A program made the position numbers and the translations under genes. A stretch of DNA of 64,000 nucleotides. Source: Rhina ancylostomus (Eukaryota). How positions within the stretch are numbered: position 1 is the stretch's first letter; each line of letters begins with the position of its first letter. The stretch lies in contig JARFYF010000050.1 in the NCBI GenBank assembly GCA_030265395.1, forward strand, positions 25,840,865 to 25,904,864, given 5' to 3'. Under the pieces are notes generated by a model. It ran no database searches and was not told the DNA's origin. It saw nothing but the letters and a program-made list of their open reading frames with translations. Shown here one piece after another: positions 44,455 to 56,500 of the stretch.

Positions 44455-44650
44455 GGAGCAAAATAACAGACGCTGCTGGAAATATCTCGAGTTTCCAGCA
44501 GCAACTATGGAGAGAGAAACTGAGTTAATTTTTCGAATCAATAACCAGAAGGTTCAGATGGAAGGTCACGGACCTGAGACATTGACTCCGTTTCTCTCTC
44601 TACAGTTCCTGCTTAACCGGATGAAAGATTTCCAGCAGTTTGGGCTCTTT
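44455..44650. mobile_element. Inverted pair of Penelope-like termini
   Basis: Left arm TGCTGGAAAT...GGAGAGAGAAACTGAGTTAAT is complementary to right arm ATTGACTCCGTTTCTCTCTC...ATTTCCAGCA. The right arm starts with a decayed hammerhead-like core (CAGATGGAAGGTCACGGACCTGAGAC). Confidence 0.6.
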
Positions 44651-44914
44651 TGCTCTCTTTTCTTCAAATTCATCCGACAGAAACAGATTTACTATTTGTA
44701 CTTAACTGTAGTGAGTGATATCATCTTTNNNNNNNNNNNNNNNNNNNNNNNNNNNNNNNNNNNNNNNNNNNNNNNNNNNNNNNNNNNNNNNNNNNNNNNN
44801 NNNNNNNNNNNNNNNNNNNNNNNNNNNNTTTCCTCGTTCCTCAATTTTAATTTCCTGCTGTTTAAAACAAAACGAAAAAGTTAAGTTTATCTCGGCCGTT
44901 CACATCAGAAGGCC

Positions 44915-45435
44915 CTTTCCAACCAAGTTTTGAAATGCAATGATTGTCACATTTTAGGAAACAGTCAATCTACACACAGCAAGGTCCCTCGACACATTAA
45001 CAATAAAGATCCATATGGTCTTTAGTGCTGTTGGTTGACAGATAAAAGCGACCAGGATACCGAGGATCATTACTCCGCTGCTTTACATTGAAATACTTTA
45101 TGCGATCTCCCGCACTCATCTAGAGAACTGCCGGGCCCCGGATTAACGTTACATAAGAAATAGGAACAGGAATGGGCCATCAGGCCCTTGTAGCCAGCTG
45201 GGCCATTCATCAAGATGATGGCTGATCTTCTACCCTAGCGCCAATTTGTAGCACCATCGCCATATCCCTTGATGCCCAGAGATCTCTCCATTTTTTTTGA
45301 ATGGAGACAGCGGCTGAGCTCCCACGGCCGCCGGGGGTGAAGAATTTCAAAGATGGAACCACTGATAGTACAGCACTTCCTCGGGTACATTGCACTGGTG
45401 TCAACCTGGACTAGTTACTCAAGTCTGACACGGGT
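44915..45435 (-). mobile_element. DeuSINE/SacSINE-like element interrupted by a CR1 3' fragment (about 45151-45348)
   Basis: SINE body reads ...CCCCGGATTAACGTT, breaks, then resumes AAAGATGGAACCACTGATAGTACAGCACTTCCTC. The insert begins ACATAAGAAATAGGAACAGGAATGGGCCAT. Confidence 0.65.
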
Positions 45436-48400
45436 TTTCTTTTTAGCGTTTCGTAAATAAAGCGACTCTCCGGAACCGTACAGCAGCAATACAATCGGCA
45501 GCACAGAATTGATAAAGGACACTTTAGCTGAAAGATGAAGACCCGAACTGAACCATATTTTACAGACAGCTATAACCAGCTTCAAAAGACATTGACGACT
45601 GATTGGATTTCAAAATCATACCTCCCACTCTGAGAGCTGAAGACATTACACGCGCAACTGCCCGTTTGGTAATATAACTACAACATGGAATTTTATTTTG
45701 CAGACCTTTTAGTCACCTGTCTTGTGTGGTGAGATAAAACTTCTTGCACAAACATTGACAAAGAGCGAAAGATTGCAAAAGCCTTCTATAAGGTGTAAGT
45801 AATTTTCAATAAAGACATAATTTCTTCCGTGGCATACTTCCCACTCACAGTAAAAAACTATAGCCAAACTACTGAACGATCTACTGGTTGAAAGGTTATA
45901 GGCAGACATTATTTTATCTCTATTATCTTCGTTACCCATTTCCTTTTGCGAGAAAACAATCGCCCCAGAAAAGTTCGGGGGGGGGCGGTTAGGGAGAAAC
46001 AGCGACTTGGGACGGTAGGGGTTGGTTTACTTAACCAGAAATACCCAATGAAATATTTACATTTATTGTCCTGGCTAATTGGTAAACCTTGAGGTGATCC
46101 TTCTAACACTTCAATGTTACTGTTGCAAACAACCAATTTTCCAACGTGCAGCGCACTTTCTCTAAGTTCACCTCATCTGGGTCGTTACCCACTTGAGAAC
46201 AGCTCCATGAATGAGGTCATAGTGGAAATACTGAAATAGACAGAAAAGAACACATCTCTTAGAAGTACCATCAGTGTTACTGAGATTATAATTCTCTCCC
46301 ATATTTTCTTTCTCTGTGGACGTACCAGCAAAGGGTTAATGGCGAAACGATCCCGCCCTCGACCAGCTGCATGCAGTTTCTTGTACAACACCGAAAATGC
46401 AATGAATCTTAATTATTGGTGACCTTTAACCCGCAGCGAGTTTTAATTTGGGATTAATTGCCCTTTAACAACTCGTCCAAGTATAACCTACAGCACATTA
46501 AATTAGCAGATAGGGAAATTCTTCGATCAAAGGCTTCATGTGCACATTAGCGAGATTAAAATTTCTTTTAAAAGTCTGGGATATTAAGGAGGCAACTTCA
46601 TTTATTTGCAGTGCGTCCGAACACAGATTAGTATCGCAGAATGTTATCTTTTCTTACGCTCACTATTAAATGACTAATTACACATTTGCTCCAAGTGTTT
46701 ACCAGATACACTTGGTATCTGCCGTTATTCGCATTCTCCAAAATTGCCCTTCTGAATTTGCAGAAGCCTCCCTCCCCAGAGGTATTTCATAACATCAGAA
46801 CGTACACAAATGATGACGGGATCTGAGAGGTTCGATATGGGGAAGATGTTTCCACTTGTGGGAACACATAAGACTGTCATCAATGAATCAGATAATGAAT
46901 CAGTTCATAAATTATTTTTGTGAGTAGAACTGGCTGCCACATGAAGGCCAAAGGCAGATACGTTTAAATTCAAATCAGAGAGAGAAAACAAAGGATAATG
47001 GGTTGATAAAGTGCGGAAATGTGACGAGAAAGCTGCAGAGGAGAGGGCGATATGGCCTCTGTTGTAAATTCTACGTGCAGTTAGTTTATGCCTCGAATCC
47101 AGCGACAGAGCGTTGAAGATAAGAGAACGGCTATTAGTTTGGTTAAAACGTTAAACGTAAGAAGAATCCCAAAGGATAAAATGAAGAGATTGGGAAAGAA
47201 ATCCCAGAATTTAGGATCCAACCATGCTTGTACATAGCTGCCAAAAGTGGGCAAAGGATATCAGCGTGTTACCAAGCCAATGGTGGGGGAACTTCACATT
47301 CAAAGAGATTTATAGGCAGGGGACCACGGCTGAACTACTGAAGGGCTATTGAAGCTAGTTCAACGTGATTTTGAGATTTTTTAAAATAACAGTTTATTGT
47401 TAGTGGCAGACAGTACGGGGGTAGCGGGCACATGGTGAGGGAGTCTGGCCCATTTATACCGTGGCAGCAGAGGGCTGGATCAGCTCAGTTTACGGAGCGT
47501 CGCAGGCTCAGCACTGGAATAGTCGCGCTCAGCACTCGAAAAGTTTAAAGCAGGACACTTTGGTCGAAACGCACCTCAGGCATTTATAAATCGGATGATG
47601 GATCTATGTGGGCTGCAGGTTTCTCCGTATTCCTGGATTGTCCCTCATTGAGAAACCTTAGGGCAAACGCCGCCAAAAAAATGTTTAGAAACGTAAGTTT
47701 ACATTAGATAAAACAATCGGATCATTTCATCAAACTTACTGATTAATCACATTTGATATTAGCGTAAGACAAAAGAAAAATCCCACTAACCTCAAAAACA
47801 GCATAGTGCATCTAAAATTAGGATAAGGTTTTCAAAATGCAAATTCCTGAGCACTAAATGCCTTGATTGTTGCAATTGTATATTATGGAGATTATCGAAC
47901 AGGTGGGGGAATCAGTTGTCATTCGAGCTTTGCTTTACTCAAGCGCTATTTGTCTTTATCGAACAGTTCTTACTGAGACCCCTAGGTGGAACAATGCCTG
48001 TTCACTACAGTATCTCCCGGACGGGAGGAGATTCCCTATCCATGGAAATGTTCAATCAATGTCTGTTGACGCATCATAATGATTTCACTTCAACCTTGTT
48101 TCACTCCTTTTTTACTAAACTTGCTGTACACGCGCACCAATACTCTCCCAACTCCGTCAAGCTATAGATTTATTAAACAGAGTTTAGTAGTGTTAGTTTC
48201 AATTAATAGTATTAAAAAGTTACCTGATAGGCAATAAATAGGAACAGTCAAACAAAAACATTTCAGATTTCCAGATCTGCATTTTTTAAAATTTTCAATT
48301 GCTTTATTGACGGAAGTGACATGGCAGTCCAAATACCGAATAACTGAAGAGATCAAGAAGTGTATTGTAAGGGCAGAATTATAGAATCAGAGATGGAAAA

Positions 48401-48554
48401 ATCACTAATAAAGGAACGATGGGCCAATTTATTTTTCTTTATTCAACAAATTTCTTTCTATTTCTGACGAGGTGATGTTTGATGTGATTTAGATCCATGG
48501 TGGATACAAAACAACCTCCTGGCCATTATTTGTTTTTTTTCTGGATTTTGTAAA

Positions 48555-49200
48555 AGTTGCACTTTGCACTCATTAACCAAGCCTTTGAGATGCCTCAAAG
48601 CAGTTCACAACAAAAAAGATTTGTGTGTGTAATCACCACTGCAATACAGGATAGGTATAGCCAATTTGCACACTGCAATGTTCCAGAGGCAACAAAGAGA
48701 TAATTACTTTTACAGAGGTTAATTGAGTGATAAAAGTAACATACTCTGTCCTCAAGAACAGAGTAATCCCTGACACAACATAGGATTCACTCCTAATGTT
48801 CATAAATATAAAACATTTATTTTGCTTTTGATCACAAAGTCACAAATATAGTCTATTATCCATCCAGGAGCAGTGTGAACACGTTTACCATTTCAGTTGA
48901 AAAATACTTGACAGTGCCCAACATTCCAATAACAGTTTGGATTGCATATTCACATTGGAGCTTAACTGTTACCACAGAAAGTGAACAGGATGGATTCTCA
49001 TGCTCTCTATTAATCAGTGCCTTGTGTTATTTTTATGTCCACCTGAGGATGCAGTTGAATATCCCATCAGAAAGTTTATGCCATTGATAGTGCAGAGCAC
49101 CCTGAATACTGCATTGAAGTGCTAGGTTCAAGGGTCTGGAGTGAGGCTTGTAACCACAAACCCGTGGTTTAGAGGTGAGAGTGCCACAATTTAGTCAAAG
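48555..49200 (-). mobile_element. DeuSINE/SacSINE-like element interrupted by a ~245 bp insert
   Basis: GCCAATTTGCACACTGCAA...TTGAGTGATAAA, then the insert, then ATGTCCACCTGAGG...GATAGTGCAGAGCACCCTGAATACTGCATTG...GGCTTGTAACCACAAACC. Confidence 0.6.
48735..48980 (+). repeat. Local direct duplication, copy 1
   Basis: Colinear with 50309-50553. Shared blocks include CTCTGTCCTCAAGAACAGAGTAATCCCTGACACAA, ATCACAAAGTCACAAATA, GTGAACACGTTTACCATTT and GATTGCATATTCACATTGGAGCTT. Confidence 0.95.
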
Positions 49201-50308
49201 TTGTGATAAAGAGCAAATGAAGATATGGAGAATATTAAGTATTTTGATGGAAATAATAAAACAAGCGCAATCTGCAAAATCCACCAGGTGGGGACCAGAC
49301 CACTGAAAATACTCTTTAAACATCTTTTCTGGTATCATCTTGGTTTCGCCATGAGATAATTAACAAATTAACAAAAACAAATTGATGAAAAAATGTTAAA
49401 ACTGACATGGGTATTTGAGCACAGCTCCCACTGGAGACTTGTGCTTCCTCGAGAAGGATGAATCTGGAGTTCATGGGTTTCCTGGTCCTCCCACAACAAC
49501 TAGAAGACAAATAGCCCTAACTACATCATGTAGAGTTTACTAAGAGTTGCCTCCTCCTCTGTAAACCATTGAGAACTAATCTGTCAAAACAACACTTTTG
49601 GAAAATAATTCAATTTTCTTGTATATAAGCATTAAAAACCTTTCCTGAACTAAGACTGTTAAGATACATCTTCAGTGGGTCATTTATTTAACAAATGTAG
49701 CAGATAACTTGTAACAGATGGAAAAATTGACTTTAAATTTTCAGGTATATTAACATTACATATTCTAAATGGTTGGAAGAATTTTATGCACACTTTCCAG
49801 TGCTCCAACTACCTGGAACAAAATAAAATAAACTTGAGAATTTTGGAAGGCATGCACTGCTTTAAAACAGTTTTCTAAACAAAAGTTTTAATATCACAGA
49901 GTAATGAGTACAAACATTAATAATAAGTGAAAGGACCAGGGGCAGGATTACAGGAGACCAATGTTGCTTAATAGTATTGATTAGCACTGGTGCAATGGGT
50001 TAAATTGCCTCCATCATATAATAATTTCTAATTCAGAATGCAATTATAGAGGATTCCGTAAAGTTAATATTCAAATTAATTTCTTCTGTATTTTCTTTTA
50101 CTTACCCAATAAAATCATCTTCCTAAATTGAAGGACAATGAGAGAAAGACACCCAGAGGTACAACTGAGCTATTAGTCACTGTGGTATACTTGGTAAGCA
50201 AATATATTTATCCAGCTGCAGAGGGAAATAGTTCTGTTTTTCCTGGAACAAATCAAGAACACGTAACTCAAGGAGATCTCTTATAAATTTCTCTCCAAAT
50301 CCTTTCAG

Positions 50309-50553
50309 AGTAACACGCTCTGTCCTCAAGAACAGAGTAATCCCTGACACAATATGGGATTGACTCCGATTATACACAAATATAAAACATGTATTTTGCT
50401 TTTAATCACAAAGTCACAAATACAGTCTATTATTCAGCCAGGAGGAGCGTGAACACGTTTACCATTTTGCTTGAAAAATACTCAACAATGCCCAGCATTC
50501 TAATAAGAGTTTCGATTGCATATTCACATTGGAGCTTTACTGTCACCACAAAA
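50309..50553 (+). repeat. Local direct duplication, copy 2
   Basis: See copy 1. Scattered substitutions separate the two copies. Confidence 0.95.
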
Positions 50554-51654
50554 CTTAACACAATTCCTTTACCCTACTTTGCAAAAGAAAATCCAACATA
50601 TGACTCATTTCACTTTGTTCTGTCTTACTTAATTAATTACAGACATTCATAAGATTTTATTTGTTGATTCCGATCCTTTAAACAATCAAAATGATAGTGA
50701 ATAGTTACTGGAGGATTACTTTACATCTTGACCACATTTTTCATTTCTAAAGCAGCCTCTGGTACATAAATTTGAAAACACTTTGCATTTTATGACTGCA
50801 GTTGCTAGAAATATGATTATTCTATTTACAGATTGCCACCCTAAACTACAGAATTGGGGTGAAAGGTATTTATTGGGGTGAAAGGACGGTAGTTACAAGT
50901 CTACCCCATGTGGTATGAATTTGAGACAATGAATTTGAAATATCATTGTACCAATATTTTGATATCAAGATATTAACACTAATATATAAACCTTGTGGCA
51001 TTATAGAGCATGGTTTAAATGTTACTCCTTTTACATAGTTTCATAATGTAACTCCCAATATGAGATCTGAAAGATTTTGAACCATCAACTTGAATGGACA
51101 CATTTGACAATATCAATTGCTGACTGATCTTTGTTAAACCAAACTTAGTGCAAGAATAATGCAATTCAGGCACAAAACCTTGAAACAGTTCTAAATCATT
51201 AAATAAAAATAAATTCAATGTTACAAAATAAACCGTCTGAGTACTTCTAAACATGTGCCACCATTAACTACATATTTATAGTTGGAAGAGAAATGTAGAG
51301 TGTGTTTAGAAGTCCCCAAGTATCCACAGCAGATGCTTTCAAAGTGCAATTAAATGAATTGTCAAAATAACAGAGAATTTCTTTTATTTTCCTCTGAAGG
51401 ACACAATTGAATGACATATTTTATCATTAATTTCACAATCACACAATGGTTGTGCAAATTGCTACCCAATGATCCTTCCTGAAATTCTGGCTGGCATTTA
51501 GAACTTTCCCTGATGTTCAAAAGCACAAGGTGGTAGTTTAATTTGTTATTGCTTTGTGCACATATTGAGAGTTTAAGGGATCTGTGGCCATAGCAGGAGA
51601 TTAGTGGGCATATTACACCAATGGACAGAACATAACATGATCGACACAATGAGG

Positions 51655-52220
51655 GAAATGTAGGACAAGCTTGATAGTTGAACTTTGAAGACAGTTGTAT
51701 AAGCTTTGCTTATATTCCTTTGAGTACAGTAAATTGCGGTGTTATCTGATCAAGGGATTTAAAGACTTGAGATTTCATGGGGTAGATATAGTCAAACTAT
51801 TTCATTGAATGGGCAAATGAAGAACAAAAGAACTAGGCTATTGAGGGAGGTAGTTGTGAAACATTTATTCCCCCTTAAAGGGTAGTAGAGATCTGGAATC
51901 CTCTTTCCCGAAAGGCTGTGAATATTGGGATAATTGGAGCTTTTAAGACCAAGATCAATAGATTTCTGCTAGTTTGGGAAGTTGAACATCATGGGAATGG
52001 GTAGTACAGTGGAGTTCAGGTCGACATCAAACCATGATCTTACTGAATGATGGAGCACACATGAAGGGCCTTATAGCCCATTCATGCTCTTATTTCATGG
52101 TCTCAGGAATATGGACTTATGGTAGCTTAAACAGAGTTGAGATGGAAATCCACCAAATTACAACTAAATGGTAAAGTGGAGCATGCTTGAGCGGTGAAAA
52201 GCCTGATCCTATTCCTATGA
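51655..52220 (+). mobile_element. Degenerate CR1 3' ends just downstream of the COX10 stop (antisense to COX10)
   Basis: AGGGTAGTAGAGATCTGGAATCCTCT...AAGACCAAGATCAATAGATTT...ACCATGATCTTACTGAATGATGGAGCA. Confidence 0.65.
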
Positions 52221-52375
52221 AAATGAAGAAACTTGCTTACATTTAACATTACAAGGTAACTTATAGCACTAATAAACTGTGAAACTTCCAGGAACAGATA
52301 TTGGACTATCCCACTTTATGGGACTATGGCCAAAACAGTAGCTACCTTCTGAAGACTTCTAAATAAAAATGAACA

Positions 52376-52800
52376 TTAAACTTGCATTTCTGTTTGAACT
52401 TTGTGATGGACATTACTCTCACTTCCAACTACCGACTTCTTGCAGGTCAGCATGAGGAGTAATAACATTGGAAGATGCCAGAGGCTACAGAAAAAAAGTT
52501 TGCGAGCACTGCTGCGGCTGGAGTCCCTGTAAAACCGATAGCCGAGGTAGCTGATATACAAATTGATTGGGAGTGAAATGAAGGGGAAATTCCATGTAGT
52601 AACATCAAAGACAGAACAGAGCGTTGATAGTCCAATGAGACCAAGGCAGTGGCGGAATGCCACCCGTTTACAGAGCGCTGGGTGTGTGACAGACATCATG
52701 CGGTAACCACCTCGTGAGTAATCTTCCCTCAGGTTCCAGCTTAAAGCATTGAAATGTGGAAACTGCCAGGAGTACAGAATGCCACCCAATAACAAGGCAC
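52376..52800 (-). CDS. COX10: Protoheme IX farnesyltransferase (heme O synthase), last coding exon
   Basis: Acceptor CTTTGTTTAG|GT GCC TTG. Translation (G)[40 protein letters not shown]...[21 protein letters not shown] matches the vertebrate COX10 C-terminus. TAA at 52378-52376. Confidence 0.96.
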
Positions 52801-53249
52801 CTAAACAAAGAGAAAGGGAGATGTCTAAGATTTAAAACATGAAGTAAATCTATTTTTCTTTCCCCAAATTATTGAATTCCTAGAAAAATATCTTATACAT
52901 TTCAAGAGCTGATGTGAAACACTTTTCCATCAGTTCCTGGAGGTTGAAGCCCTTCTAACTACGACAAAATCAGTTTTGGTTATTCTTTTACACATTACAA
53001 TCCCTAGTTACACATTGTTTTGCCACTAACANNNNNNNNNNNNNNNNNNNNNNNNNNNNNNNNNNNNNNNNNNNNNNNNNNNNNNNNNNNNNNNNNNNNN
53101 NNNNNNNNNNNNNNNNNNNNNNNNNNNNNNNCACTAACACTGCATAACATCTACTTAAAATCAAGTGAAACAAAATCTGAATTAAATGGAGCACTTAAAA
53201 TAACTCTCAAGTGAATATAGAGTAAATGCTTAAACCTTTTGATTTACAA

Positions 53250-53513
53250 CATTAAACGACGACTGTCCATTTCCCTCCACAAATGCTGCCTGACCTGCTG
53301 AATTCCTCCGATATCTTGTTTATTGCTAGGAACAACCGTACTAATTTACTGATGCAACATTTTTGTCTACCTGACTCTCAAAGTTATAAATCCTAGCTAA
53401 ATGTCTCATGCAGAAGGGCTGCTATAATATCTCCATGGATGCTGCCTGACCTGCTGAATTCCTCCAGCATCTTGCTTTTTCATCTAGATTCCAACATCTG
53501 CAGTCCTTTGTTT
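53250..53513 (+). mobile_element. Two Penelope-like terminal repeat fragments
   Basis: ATGCTGCCTGACCTGCTGAATTCCTCC occurs at about 53283 and 53440. Confidence 0.7.
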
Positions 53514-53785
53514 CACTACTTGTACCTGTAGGTCTCTCTGGTCTATCACACTCTTCAGGATCTTGTCATTTACTGTGCAAGTCCTGCCCTGGTTTAATTT
53601 TCCAAAATGCATCTTATTACACTCGTCTGAGATAAATTCCCTCTGTCATTCCTTCGTCCACTTTCCCAGTTGATCTAGATCCTGTTGTATCCTTCTTCAC
53701 TGTCCACCACACCACCAATTTTGGTGTCATTCGCAAACTTTCAAATCATATCATTTACATGCTCATCCAAATCACTAATATATCC
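53514..53785 (-). mobile_element. CR1 RT fragment (FADDTK region), inverted relative to its continuation
   Basis: Minus strand: ATATATTAGTGATTTGGATGAG...AAGTTTGCGAATGACACCAAAATTGGTGG...GAGAGACCTACAGGTACAAGTAG. Confidence 0.8.
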
Positions 53786-53825
53786 ATTTCCCCCCTATAT
53801 ATTGGGCTTTCCCTTTTCCTATCTT

Positions 53826-53863
53826 CAGTCCTGAAGAAGGGTCCTGACCCGAAACGCTGACCA
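53826..53863 (+). ncRNA. Minimal type I hammerhead ribozyme-like motif in a Penelope-like terminus (probably inactive)
   Basis: GTC-CTGAAGA-A-GGGT(CCTG)ACCC-GAAA-CG-CT-GAC: conserved CUGANGA and GAAA boxes, a helix II, and a GTC/GAC helix I. The cleavage triplet is GCT rather than GTH. Confidence 0.6.
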
Positions 53864-53950
53864 TCTGCTCTTCACTACGGATGCTGCCTGACCTACTGAA
53901 TTCCTTCAGTATCTTGTGGTTTTTTCACCATAGGGGTATCAGTTCCCCTA

Positions 53951-54610
53951 TAGTGATAGTTCCCTGAAAGTGGCCACACAGGTAGACAAAGTGGTGAAGA
54001 AGGTATGTGGCACGCTTGCCTTCATTGGACGGGGCACTGAGTACAAGAGTTGGAATGTCATATTACAACTGTGTAGGATGTTGGTGAGAGTGCTCCTGGA
54101 ATATTCTGGTCTCGATCCTACAGGAAGGATGTGATTAAACTGGAGAGGATGCTGAAAAGATTCACAAGAACATCGCTAGGACTGCAGCACTTGAGTTACG
54201 AGGAGAGACTGGACAGGTTGGGGCTGTTCTCCTGAAGCAAAGGAGGCTAAGGGGTGAGCTTCCTTTTTATCAAATCATGAGGGGCATAGATAAGGTAGAT
54301 GGTCACAGTCTTTTGCCCAGGGTAGGGGAGTTCAAAATGACATAGTATAGGTTTAAGGTTAGATTTTTAACAATCCAAAAAAAAATCTAAAGACAGATTT
54401 AAAAGGGACCTGAGGGGCAAGATTTTCCATGGGTATATGGAACAAGCTTCCAGAGGAAGTGGTAGAAACTGGTGCAACTACAACATTTAAAAGACATTTG
54501 GACAGGTTCAGAGAAAGGAAAGGTTTAGAGGGATATGCGCCAAGTACAGGCAATTGAGACTAGCTCTGGAAGACACCTTGGTCAGCATGGACCAGTTGTC
54601 CCTGTTTCCT
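53951..54610 (+). mobile_element. CR1-type LINE 3' portion
   Basis: ATAGTTCCCTGAAAGTGGCCACACAGGTAGAC...GAGGAGAGACTGGACAGGTTGGGGCTGTT, closely similar to 7790-8400. Confidence 0.9.
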
Positions 54611-55519
54611 GAGACCAATTTCACATTAGATCAATGTTGTGTCAAACTTAATCTATTTAAGATGTCACAATTACTAATGAATGACTCAGAATGTGATTAA
54701 AAATGTGTACTGTTTCAATTTGTTTCTGAAATACGTTTTGCAAAAGTAAGATATTAACTATATTATTGATGCAAAAAAAGAGAAAAGAGCCAAGGGCATG
54801 GTAAGTGCAGTTATATCAGTTACACACAGTGCACAAATTTGTATTCATGTGTACTTGGAGCAGGTTAAAAATTGTTTTAGGCCTTATAAAGTCATCCTAA
54901 AGTTAAGACATGGAATTGTTTTTTAGTGAGGGGGAGAAAATCAAACGCAAATTTATTTTTGGTTGAAAAGATCTTTGGGCAAGCATAGGGAGAAGACATA
55001 ATTAACCTGTAGGCTAGGGACTTGTGAGCAATGTGGGATTGAGACTCCAGTTAAGACTGCCTTTACAAGGTCTATCCTCACTCTGCCATGACTAAGAACA
55101 GGTTTGGGAGGTGTCAAATTGAATGGCAAATGACAAATATAGTCTTTTTCAAGTTTGACTTTATCAACCTAGAGAGACTGTCGAGAATCCTTCTCAAGTT
55201 TGGCTGGTCCCAGAAGTTCATCTACATTCTATGTTTGCTACTTGTAAGCTGTGATCCTGACCAAAAGATGCTCTGTTGATCAAATCCCATGCAGAATGTG
55301 TCACTATTCTAACATTCTCTTCAATTTTCCTTGCCTCACTATTCCATCCCATCTCCAATAGGCTTCCCACTGGAGTGAAGCTAATCTATAACATGAAAAG
55401 AAACTGTTTGCCTCCACTCCAACCTCAGTCACTGAGCTGTAGTACACAGACATCACAAGTGTTTGTGCACACTTGGAGATGGAGTGCCGTCATTGCTGAT
55501 AAGCTCACTTAAGTGTATT

Positions 55520-56500
55520 AGAGAGTGGGCCTTAAACAAAACATGTAAAACAAAGGTCCCTTATCAACCTGTGCCAGTGCCCTTCCCATGGCAATAATGG
55601 CTAGGACTCCAAAAAACAGATCACTCTCCATTTCTCAGGAGACACCGCTCATCAGAGGCAGACAATGATGATAAAACACACCATTGACTCCAGTGAGCCA
55701 GCATGGCCTTTGGCTGTCAGAGGAAAAGCGTGTTCAATGTTAGGACCTCAAACCCAGCCTAACAGNNNNNNNNNNNNNNNNNNNNNNNNNNNNNNNNNNN
55801 NNNNNNNNNNNNNNNNNNNNNNNNNNNNNNNNNNNNNNNNNNNNNNNNNNNNNNNNNNNNNNNNNGCGTGTTCAATTTTAGGACCTCAAACCCACCATAA
55901 CAGCTCGTGGTCTACCAGGCAGCAGTGATCCCCATCTCCCAGTACAAGAGGCAGCTCCAGAGAGGTACCTCAACCTTGTCCCCACTAAATCCTTCAAATC
56001 CAGAGGGAGGATAAGTAAATCCCATGTTAACATCTCCAGCAGCGAGACTCTGATCACATGCAATCAGATAAATTGGCGAACCATACTGTTTGCATACATG
56101 AACTAAGATTCCAAAAAAAAAGGCATTCACCTCTGAACTTGGACCTGGCAAGAGATACCAGGTTAAAATGTGTCAAGGATGTTCTCAAATCTTCTTTGCT
56201 AATATGTAATATCTTCACCAAATCATGGGAAGTCCTGGCCTTCGACTTCTCAAAATTATTGCCTGATTCAGAAGACAGTGTGAAACTCGTTCCTTTGTCA
56301 GTATATGTGGAAGCAGAGCAAACGTAGTGGAAGGCTTGTACTGCCTCCCTTACTAATCACCCATCTGCCATGTCAAGCATCTTTGCCTCACTTGTGGCAA
56401 CGTCTAAAGATTCCACACTGGCCTCATTAGCCACCACAGCACCCACAGTGCTAGAATGGGAGCAAGTCATCTTTGACTCCAAGGAAGAACACAGAAAGAG
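55520..56500 (+). mobile_element. RTE-type LINE 3' fragment (contains a 100-N gap)
   Basis: Degenerate translation resembles the RTE C-terminus (AFG-LRKRVF; VY-AAVIP; KILQI-W; R-KDVLKSSL-ICNI-T-SWEVLA). Confidence 0.7.

Noticed and set aside
55728-55903. Direct repeat GCGTGTTCAAT-TTAGGACCTCAAACCCA on both sides of an N-run (similarly CACTAACA at 53024/53132)
   Set aside because: The duplication sits exactly at gap edges, which is typical of unmerged overlapping contig ends.
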